A stretch of DNA of 62,069 bases, the filler included. It is 6 parts of 6 records of this genome, joined end to end, with 100 filler letters (N's around TTAATTAATTAA, not from the genome) between each part and the next. Parts side by side here need not be neighbours in the genome. Positions count along the whole stretch, not along the records: positions 50,016 to 56,557 come from SRR31147125_3204; positions 56,658 to 62,069 come from SRR31147125_3224; 4 more parts are not named here. One strand, written 5' to 3'. Both the position numbers and the translations under genes were made by a program. The notes under the pieces are model-generated. The model was not told where the DNA came from and made no database searches. It worked only from the letters and a program-made list of their open reading frames with translations. Positions within the stretch are counted from its first letter, which is position 1. Every line of letters begins with the position of its first letter. Positions 53,601 through 61,901 of the stretch are shown one piece after another.

Positions 53601-53852
53601 AATAAACGAAAAAACTAAAGTTTGCCCTTCAGAAACATTCGACAAATTGAAAATACCATCAATATCGGTAATTGCACCTTTTGAGGTACCTTTAATAAAA
53701 ACAGTTACCCCTGGAAGAGGTGATCCATCGTTATCAATTATCTTTCCTGATACAGTTTTTTGCTGTGCAAAAGCATCAGCACCAACTGCAACAAAAAAGA
53801 AACATAGCATTAAAAAGCTTATTGCTTTTATAATTCCATTTTTGTTTTTCAT
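50700..53852 (-). CDS. susC: SusC/RagA TonB-dependent transporter
   Basis: [48 protein letters not shown], TWE, C-terminal NVTF. Confidence 0.96.
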   Translation of the reverse strand: [1050 protein letters not shown]

Positions 53853-53899
53853 AAAAATTTAGTTTTAGATAAGAAAATTAAATAAATACTTTAATGATT

Positions 53900-55078
53900 T
53901 CACAGTTTTGAGGTCTTGATATTATTAATTAGTGATTCTAGAAAATAATAATCAGCGTAAACCAAAGGCACATCTATTTCAGATTGATGAGGCATAGAAC
54001 CTGTAGAATGTTTCAAAAGGAAACCCGCATTCTCTCCAGTTGACGCTAAAAATTCCGTAGAGGATAATGTTGATAAGAGTTTTTGTGCCACATTTAAATA
54101 TTCTTTGTTATTGGAGAATCCATATAACTCGAATAAGGCCGATGAAATAATTGCACCAGCAGAGGCATCAAAGGGTTCGTTGGGAATATCTGGCGCATTA
54201 AAATCCCAATAGGGAATTTTTCCTGATTTTATATCTTTCTGATTTATAATGTAATTGGCAATATTTTGGGCATGAACCAGAAATTCGTCCATCTTCGTTT
54301 CTCTATACATCATTGTAAAACCATACAATCCCCAGGCCTGCCCTCTTGCCCATGAGCTTTCATCAGAAAATCCCTGATGCGTTTTACGATCTACCACTTC
54401 GCCTGTATCGGGGTTGTAATCAACAACATGATAAGATGAATAATCATCACGAAAATGATTCATCATGGTCATTCGTGCATGCTGAATGGCTATATCCCTA
54501 AACTTTTCATTTCCCGTAGCTTTTGCTGCCCATAACAACAACTCAAGGTTCATCATATTATCAATAATCACAGGATATTTCCATTTATCCTCAAATTCGT
54601 CCCATGACCTGATACAACCTACAGCAGGATTAAAACGGGAAGATAACGTCTTAGCTGATTGAATTAAAATATCTCTATACTCAGAATTGTCAGTATGCTT
54701 TATAGCCTTTCCGAAACTACAATACATCTTAAATCCCATATCATGCGTACGGTTATTCCACTTCTCAGGCTCAAGCTGCAAAGTATATTTCAAAGCTTTC
54801 TCTTTCCAATCATCATCCCCCGTTAGTTCATACATCATCCATAAATTCCCAGGAAAGAAGCCACTGGTCCAATCGTTTCCAGGGACTAATTTTATTACTT
54901 CATTTTCTATCGTACGTGGTACTATAAGACTTTCGTTCTGTAATGATTCAATATTCTGAATTGCATATTCAAGTTGAGACTCAGCTTTACTTATTACAAT
55001 ATCATGCTGGTCATTGGTTTGTTGGATACTACATCCAACGAGTAGAACTACCATAAAAAAAACAATAGGCTTATACAT
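53900..55078 (-). CDS. GH88 unsaturated glucuronyl hydrolase (lipoprotein)
   Basis: WTSGFFPG, HDMGF, IIDNMMNLE, SWARGQAW, DASA, YADYYFLE. Confidence 0.92.
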   Translation of the reverse strand: MYKPIVFFMVVLLVGCSIQQTNDQHDIVISKAESQLEYAIQNIESLQNESLIVPRTIENEVIKLVPGNDWTSGFFPGNLWMMYELTGDDDWKEKALKYTLQLEPEKWNNRTHDMGFKMYCSFGKAIKHTDNSEYRDILIQSAKTLSSRFNPAVGCIRSWDEFEDKWKYPVIIDNMMNLELLLWAAKATGNEKFRDIAIQHARMTMMNHFRDDYSSYHVVDYNPDTGEVVDRKTHQGFSDESSWARGQAWGLYGFTMMYRETKMDEFLVHAQNIANYIINQKDIKSGKIPYWDFNAPDIPNEPFDASAGAIISSALFELYGFSNNKEYLNVAQKLLSTLSSTEFLASTGENAGFLLKHSTGSMPHQSEIDVPLVYADYYFLESLINNIKTSKL

Positions 55079-55207
55079 AAGACTTAAGTAAAATTAGTTT
55101 TGAGTGATCAATTCGTTTTATGAAATAATCATCTTGCACTTAAAATTTATTTATGCAGATTATTACAAAACGAATTTAGAGGAATTGAAAAGCCAAAATC
55201 CACAGAT

Positions 55208-55266
55208 TTGTTGCAATTTCTTGAAACATTGTTGCATTCTAGTACTATTGTTGCACTGTTGCAACA
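55208..55266. promoter_or_regulatory. Direct-repeat operator candidates (TTGTTGCA) between GH88 and the hybrid two-component sensor
   Basis: TTGTTGCA at 55208, 55229, 55248 and TGTTGCA at 55257. Confidence 0.6.
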
Positions 55267-55319
55267 TATGTGCTAGTGTATAATTTTAACATTGTCTATT
55301 TTTGAAAAAAGAAATTTAA

Positions 55320-56557
55320 ATGAAGCTTCAATATTTCCTTCTATTATTGTTTTATTTGAGTGCTTTAGAATTGCACTCACAAAACGATGATATTACATTT
55401 AGAAAAGTATCTCCCCCAGGCGGTTTTAGTTTTCAAGCCGTTCATTCTTTTAATCAGGATAAATTTGGATATATCTGGATGGGAAGTTTTGATGGTATTA
55501 TCCGATACAATTCAAAAGAAATAGTACGATTCACTCATAATCATGAGGAAACAAATGGTCTTCCGAGTAACAACATTACGTCATTAGTAATAGACAACCA
55601 AAATAACATCTGGGTAAGCACAAACAAAGGACTTTGTTTGTTTAATCATAAGTTACAACAATTCGAACAGTTCCATTACAATTATGAAGACGGGAAACCT
55701 GCCAGCAATAAATTGTTTTCTTCGGAACTTGATGGAAATGGTACATTATGGATTTCTGATGAAACATTCTTTGGATATCTTGATATAGAGAAAAAACAAC
55801 TAATTAGACTAACTGAAGAACTCAACAGTTCTCCTCGTTTACTTTATAATGACGAAACAAACAACCTTTGGCTTGGTACAATAGATGGAACTGTCTATTC
55901 AATTGATTCAAATAAAAAGAAAATACGAAAGAAAATTGATGGTCCTGGTTCATTAGTCCGAACCATTTGCACCACGAACGATGATATATGGGTAGGTTAC
56001 GAAGCTCATGGAGCACGTTTATATGATTTGAATGGAAATTTAAAGAAGCATATCACCTATCGGAAAGATCCTGAATTTGATATTGAATCAGCAAGTGTTC
56101 GTAAAATATTGAGAGATACTAAGGGTCAAATATGGATAGGCACTTACCACGGACTATTTGTTCACACCGGAAAAGAATTGATTCACTATAATCATGAAGA
56201 TTATGAAGGATTACCTCACAATTCAATATATGGAATATTCGAAGATATTCAAGGAGGTTTGTGGATTGGTACTTGGGCAGGAGGGGTGTCCTATTTACAT
56301 CATGCCGATAACAAGTTCAATAACTTCCGACATAGCCAAGCACCTGCCTCAATTTCAGATAATATGGTAAGTTCCTTTGCTCAAACTGCAAATGGCGAAG
56401 TTTTTGTTGGTACTGAACAGGACGGTTTAAATAAGTTTGATCTAAAAAACTCAAGCTTTAAGAAAGTTGCAGAACTAGAGAACGAGGGAGTTTTAAATAT
56501 AAAAGCACTATGTGTTGATCAAAATGATGGACTTTGGGCAGCCTGTGCTTTTAAGGG
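55320..56557 (+). CDS. Hybrid two-component sensor/regulator, N-terminal propeller part (3'-truncated)
   Basis: Signal peptide and repeated Reg_prop motifs (QDKFGYIWMG, LPSNNI, GGLWIGTWAGG); divergent from the PUL. Confidence 0.85.
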
Positions 56558-56657
56558 NNNNNNNNNNNNNNNNNNNNNNNNNNNNNNNNNNNNNNNNNNN
56601 NTTAATTAATTAANNNNNNNNNNNNNNNNNNNNNNNNNNNNNNNNNNNNNNNNNNNN
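56558..56657. other. Artificial contig-joining spacer
   Basis: 44 N + TTAATTAATTAA + 44 N. Confidence 0.98.
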
Positions 56658-57280
56658 TAGGCTATACACCTTACATCTTCAATATCTTCACAAATTTCAA
56701 GGGTTTTCAGAAAATAGGGCAAGCCTAGTTCTTCACTGTCCCCTAAGCGGGTAGCATGAATCAAACCAATATTTAATGAGGCGTATGCAATTCCTTTTTG
56801 ATTTTCAAGCTCCTCAGCCATCTTCAACGACTCAATAAAATTAAAGTGCGCCAAATCAAAATCGCCACTCGAGCGAAACATGTTCCCTTTATTATTATAA
56901 GCCCACATTAAGCCTTCTTTGTCTTCAATTTCCTGATAAATGCCTATCCCCAAATCATAACTTTCTTCTGCTTCTTTATAGCGATTTGTATTTGAATAAT
57001 AGTTTCCCATATTTAATTCGGCACGTCCCCATCCCGATTTATAGTCAATTTTTTCAGCAAGTAATTTTGCTTCATTGGCATAATAAAAAGAGGTATCGGG
57101 AATTTGATGTTCATACACCTTCGATAGCTGGTTCAGAAGATCAACTTTATTCGTTCCGCTAACATTTGCCAGCTCCAACTGGAGACTATCGGCTGGAGTT
57201 TGCCCCCAACTATGATTCATAAAAACAGAACCCAATATAAAATAGAAAAACAAAAAAAGAGACCTTCCTATCATTCTCAT
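56658..57280 (-). CDS. TPR-repeat sensor protein (likely a signalling protein N-terminus; 3'-truncated)
   Basis: Signal peptide, ADSLQ...KVDLLNQLS, TPRs AYNNKGNMF, ASLNIGLIH. Confidence 0.8.
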
Positions 57281-57360
57281 CAGTCGATTATTAGTTATGA
57301 GTCACTAAGTTACGCATGATATCTATTTCCTACAAGCAAATATTGCAACATCATTAAGTG

Positions 57361-57486
57361 TAAAGCCCAAAGCAGTGGTTGTATTGCTAACCCCGGATTA
57401 ATCACAGAGAGCCGTGTTAATATCAGTAATCCCCGGATTAATCCGAGGGTTACTAGAATTCAACGTCAGAAGGGGCTTTAGCCCTT
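57361..57486. repeat. REP/REPIN-like palindromic element
   Basis: TAAAGCCC (57361) ... GGGCTTTA (57473) inverted ends; CCCCGGATTAATC twice (57391, 57431); hairpin AGTAATCCC-CGGATTAATCCG-AGGGTTACT; GGGCTTTAGCCC. Confidence 0.55.
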
Positions 57487-57889
57487 AATTAATTGTTTCC
57501 CAAAAAAAATGACCAATGAATCATATGCATCAATAATCATTTCCTCAATTCTATATAACATAAAAATGCTAAATAATCAAGTTCATCTAAAAAAACAGGG
57601 GGTTCTCCAAAAATTTGGGGGTGTTTAAATAATTGAACTTCGATTGCTTACTATTTAGTTCAACAAAACTTAACTTGTATGCTCGTTAGAATATCCACCC
57701 TATCAATTAAGAAAACAATTTTCGATAGTGATTCTGATGATTTTCCGATCTGCTCACATGCTGCAGCGACAGTGTGTATGAAGGGTTTTTCCCGGAAGTA
57801 AAGAGGCCGCCTGCGCCGGCAAAGCAAACAGGCAGCCCAACAGTTAACAACGATTTTAATCGTTATTACCAACGCCAAAATTAATAATA

Positions 57890-58213
57890 ATGGCAACTTT
57901 AAATGAAAAAGAAAGTCGTGATTTTGTACAACAAGTAATTGTTATCGTCAACCAGAATGCCAGTTTGCTTACTGATGCCGGATTTGATCCAACCTCCCGA
58001 ACTGGGGAATTGCAAACCAAACTGCAAACTGCCGACGATTCAGAAGGAGAACAGCAAAAGATTCAAGCTGCTGCACTCGACGCTACAAAGCAAGCCACCG
58101 CTACACTTAAGTTGGCTTACGATGATGCATCGTCTTTTGTAAGCCTAATTGAAGGTTTGCTCGGAAAGGACAATAGCCTGGTACATAAATTGCGCCAGCT
58201 ACGGAAAAAGTAA
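57890..58213 (+). CDS. Hypothetical 107-aa helical protein
   Basis: Clean ORF with an AT-rich leader, amphipathic helical composition, followed by a strong terminator. Confidence 0.8.
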   Translation: MATLNEKESRDFVQQVIVIVNQNASLLTDAGFDPTSRTGELQTKLQTADDSEGEQQKIQAAALDATKQATATLKLAYDDASSFVSLIEGLLGKDNSLVHKLRQLRKK

Positions 58214-58222
58214 GTCCGTGTT

Positions 58223-58260
58223 AAAAAAATTCCACCTTTTCTCTGAGGTGGGATTTTTTT
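58223..58260. terminator. Bidirectional intrinsic terminator
   Basis: AAAAAAATtCCACCT-N7-AGGTGGgATTTTTTT. Confidence 0.85.
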
Positions 58261-58294
58261 GGTTTTCCTACCCCTGAACCGCTACCTGAAAAAC

Positions 58295-58567
58295 CATAAG
58301 ATCATCATAATCGGATACCCGATAGCCTTTCTACCCAACAAGATCGTCATCATCTTTCATAAGATCATCGCCATCTTACATCAGATGATCATTCGCTGAC
58401 GGAAGATCAAGACTATCTTGTATAAGATAACGTTGCTACCCCATAAGATCGCCTTCATCTTGTATCAGATAATGCCTGTCGGGTGGAAGATGATCATTCT
58501 CTTGTATAAGATAAAGGCCGTCTGGCACCAGATGATCGTCCTCTTACGCATAATGATCAATTCATCG
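58295..58567. repeat. Degenerate tandem array, 13 x 21 bp, approximate consensus YATMAGAT-N7-ATCTTN
   Basis: AGAT at unit positions 5-8 in 11 of 13 units, exact 21-bp register without indels; stops in all six frames. Confidence 0.85.
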
Positions 58568-58742
58568 CGAGCACAAAACCTGCCACAACCCCTATAAATA
58601 AAGGATAACAGGCTCATCAAATGAAGACTGGAAGAAAAATCGTCTTAAGCTAGTGCGCGATTATATTACGTTTGTTTTAGTACTTACTTTGCTGTTTGTT
58701 CCAAAAGGATAGAATTGTGCAGCAAAGAGAGTGTTAATCACA

Positions 58743-59124
58743 TTAAAATTCAATTGGTGATATTTTCTCACTTTCAGTAGCATTCCAAAACTCCTTAATT
58801 TTAACAGCTATCCACATAAAGAAACGATAAATTATCCATAAGAATAAAACGACACCTGCAATACGAAAAGCCCATACCAATATATCCCGAAAAAAACGAC
58901 CAACAAAAAAAGCAATGTTAACAATAATTGATTTCCAAAACCAGATTTGTCCACTTAAGATACCTTCTTATACTGACAGCTCCTTTATTTAGAATTTTTA
59001 AAATGAATGAACCCAAAAATGTCTTAAATGCATCAATGTGTTTTCCAACAAAAGAGGATTGAATTGCTTTTTGTACTGCAGGTTGACCAAGCAATTCATT
59101 TATAGAACCAAAAATATTATCCAT
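58743..59124 (-). CDS. Hypothetical small membrane protein, split by frameshift
   Basis: ORF 58918-59124 continues after a one-base shift near 58969 as EGILSGQIWFWKSIIVNIAFFVGRFFRDILVWAFRIAGVVLFLWIIYRFFMWIAVKIKEFWNATESEKISPIEF*. Confidence 0.45.
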
Positions 59125-59273
59125 TCATTTTTCAATTATAATCCAAAGTACATAATAACAACAGTAATAATAAAATCTGCAGAAAGATTAAAACTATCAG
59201 GACAAACTTTACTGTATTTTCTTTCAATTGATGGCATTAATGTTTCTCAAAAAAGATTTGGAACTATTTCAAG

Positions 59274-60449
59274 TTAACTTTTCTGTCTTTCGCAAACAAA
59301 ATTTACGAATTTATCCAATGTCCAAATCTCATTATGATGCTCTTTTGGAAAACATTTTAAATAAGGTTGAGGAACCACTAATGTAACGCCTAAATCTTTC
59401 ATCTCCTTAAGTTGATTCATTGAAATGCCTTGTTGAAGCGTGAAAAGATGTTTGTGTGGTATTCGATCTGCTTCACTTACTATTTGCCTCCATCTATCTT
59501 TGCACGTTGTTTTTGCACCGAGAAATACCAAGTTATTACTACCTATTGACTCTTCAAAATATCTCTCAATACTCGGGAATATGAAATCAGGTTTTTTATT
59601 TGATTCTGTAGTTGCTTGAGATGTGTAATTAATATTCCAAACATCAAATATTCTAGACAAGTGATGTTCAAGTGATTTACCAGCACGAGATTTTCTTCGG
59701 TTAAGAACTGTATTGGCAATTCTAACTAATTCATCAACAGTCTGTATAGGCTCAGTAATAATATTGCTATATCTATCATTCTCAATCGCTTTAAACAAAT
59801 TGAACTCGGTTGAAATCCAATTTAACAATTCTCTATCTGGTCTTCGTAGAACTGACTCTAAAGTGAGTCCATAAGCTTCAAAAAATAATTCTCTTGCTCC
59901 ATTTGCTAAATCAATTGTTGGAGGAAAATCAACTGTTAATCTTTCAATGAAAATCTTGAATAATTTATGAAGTTTTTCTTCAGAAGAAAGAATACTTGAC
60001 TTAGGAAGAATCCCATTAGTTTCTGTAGGCGAAATTCCAAAAGCATTAAAGAAACCTTCAATGTCTAAATCATCAGATAATACAAAAGCTTCATAGTACT
60101 TATCATCTTTCTTTGCAATAACAATTAAATCTCCAGTATTATCTTCATTTAGGAATGGAAATCCTCTTCCAAAACGTGTTAAACGATATTCATTTCGCGT
60201 CCCAACACCGTAATATGTAAACCGACTATCTGTCTCAAAATCATCCTGCCATTTAATTCTTATGAAAACATCTTTATTAGCCCCTTTTACACCAGGACTA
60301 TCAAAGAACAATGACCAAGAATGTTTATGAATATGAAAACCTGCTTGGTGCCCACCAGTAGCTCCAGTATCATTGGCAGTAATAAATTTACTGAATGCAA
60401 TTGAACTATTATTACATGATTCAATTGCTAAGGATAAAAGATTATTCAT
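59274..60449 (-). CDS. Type IIE restriction endonuclease, EcoRII-like
   Basis: N-terminal effector domain KFITANDTGATGGHQAG; NRRKSRAGKSLE, KPDFIFP, GAKTTCKDRWRQ, HLFTLQQG. Confidence 0.92.
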   Translation of the reverse strand: MNNLLSLAIESCNNSSIAFSKFITANDTGATGGHQAGFHIHKHSWSLFFDSPGVKGANKDVFIRIKWQDDFETDSRFTYYGVGTRNEYRLTRFGRGFPFLNEDNTGDLIVIAKKDDKYYEAFVLSDDLDIEGFFNAFGISPTETNGILPKSSILSSEEKLHKLFKIFIERLTVDFPPTIDLANGARELFFEAYGLTLESVLRRPDRELLNWISTEFNLFKAIENDRYSNIITEPIQTVDELVRIANTVLNRRKSRAGKSLEHHLSRIFDVWNINYTSQATTESNKKPDFIFPSIERYFEESIGSNNLVFLGAKTTCKDRWRQIVSEADRIPHKHLFTLQQGISMNQLKEMKDLGVTLVVPQPYLKCFPKEHHNEIWTLDKFVNFVCERQKS

Positions 60450-61631
60450 AACTTTTATTTAAGATCTTGGCAATTTGTTTTGCAACCTCTTCCATTAAAG
60501 GCACTACAACGGAGTTGCCAAATTGCTTATATGCCTGATTATCTGACACAGGTATTTTGAATCCTTCAGGATATCCCTGTAATCTAGCACACTCTCGAGG
60601 CGTCAATCTTCTAGGATTTCTACCATATTGAGGTACTAATACCTCAGCACCGTCTTTATAATATCTTGCAGATAAAGTTCTACTAATACCATCAAGTTCG
60701 GTCAACCCAAATCCAAATCCATTTCCTTTAGCTTTATGTTTTTTTGCATAATTCTGTAAGTAAATCCATAGTCTATCAGATAGAGTATATTTAGGATCGG
60801 GATTTGCATCTAATATATCTTCAAAAACCATATTGAGTTTTGGCATATCTGGAAAAGAGAATTGTTCATTCCCATTAAATCGTACCTTATCAAACCCAAT
60901 AATTAGAATTCTTTCTCGATGTTGAGGGACAAAATGCTGGCCATCCAATATCTGAATATGAAGATTATAGTTTAGCTTTTCAAGGGTCTTTTTATAACCT
61001 TTAAGGTGCGACCTTTATCATGTGATCTCAAATTTTTTACATTTTCAAGCATAAAGGCCTTTGGTCTTCTTTCTTCAATAATTCGAGCTACATCAAAAAA
61101 TAACGTTCCTTGTGTTTCATCTAAAAACCCATGATTTCTTCCTAAACTATTTTTTTTAGATACACCTGCAATCGAAAAAGGTTGACACGGAAAACCTCCA
61201 ACCAAAACATCATGCTCAGGTATAAACTTTTCATTAATTCTAGTAATATCACCAAAAGGGACTTCGCCAAAGTTTGCCTCATAAGTAATTCTGGCAAACT
61301 TATCCCACTCAGATGAGAATATACATTTCCCTCCAGCGTTTTGATGCGCAATTCTCATCCCCCCAATTCCTGCGAACAAATCAATGAACTTATATTCTGC
61401 ATTTTCAGGTGGAGGAAAGGGAACATCAAATTTTAAGGGAAGAGCAAAATTAAATTCTTCTACTACATCCAATGCATCCGATTCAATAAAATCTAATATC
61501 CCATTATTATAATTGGATAATGAAAAAGCATCTGGACTTTGCAAATAATGAGTGAAAAATGCATGTTCTTCATTAAAATATCTTACAGTATCCAGCCCAA
61601 GTTTTTTCCTAACTACAGTATATTTTGCCAT
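60442..61631 (-). CDS. dcm: DNA (cytosine-5) methyltransferase, Dcm/M.EcoRII-like, split by frameshift
   Basis: [43 protein letters not shown]; adding one base to T5 60989-60993 joins the two ORFs. Confidence 0.92.
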
Positions 61632-61632
61632 T

Positions 61633-61851
61633 CTATTCGAAAATCGTTGAATTGAAAAACTCTGGAACAGGTAGTTCCAAAGCTTTAATTATTTTATCCA
61701 TATTTTTTGCTGAAACATTCCTTTTCCCTGTTTCAACACCTGTCATGTATGTTCTATCAATACCTGCTTTATAGGCAAGTGACTCTTGACTAATACCAAG
61801 TTTGAGGCGTAATTCCTTTACTCTCAAACCAAATTGAACTTGAAAATCCAT
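61633..61851 (-). CDS. XRE-family controller (C) protein of the R-M system
   Basis: [41 protein letters not shown], typical C-protein HTH; C-box upstream. Confidence 0.85.
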   Translation of the reverse strand: MDFQVQFGLRVKELRLKLGISQESLAYKAGIDRTYMTGVETGKRNVSAKNMDKIIKALELPVPEFFNSTIFE

Positions 61852-61870
61852 AAGATAAAACTATGTAGAG

Positions 61871-61901
61871 GTTACTTATAAGTCAACGGACTATAAGTAA
61901 C
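61871..61901 (-). promoter_or_regulatory. C-box double operator
   Basis: Minus strand tACT-TAT-AGTC-cgtt-GACT-TAT-AAGT matches the GACT-N3-AGTC-N4-GACT-N3-AGTC C-box layout, about 20 nt upstream of the C gene start. Confidence 0.8.

Noticed and set aside
10010-56657. TTAATTAATTAA recurring five times within N runs
   Set aside because: Artificial six-frame-stop linker joining contigs; not biological, and ORFs running into it are truncations.
57805-57837. c-di-GMP-I riboswitch (GGCAAAGC-like words)
   Set aside because: Lacks the GNRA-tetraloop/receptor two-stem layout; kept only as an unassigned hairpin.
57660-57896. 78-aa minus-strand ORF upstream of the 107-aa gene
   Set aside because: TTG start overlapping the opposite gene's start, no motif; the region is better explained as a leader.
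58295-58567. Array as a CRISPR locus
   Set aside because: Period is only 21 bp, the repeat part is degenerate, the variable part is 7 nt, and there are no cas genes.
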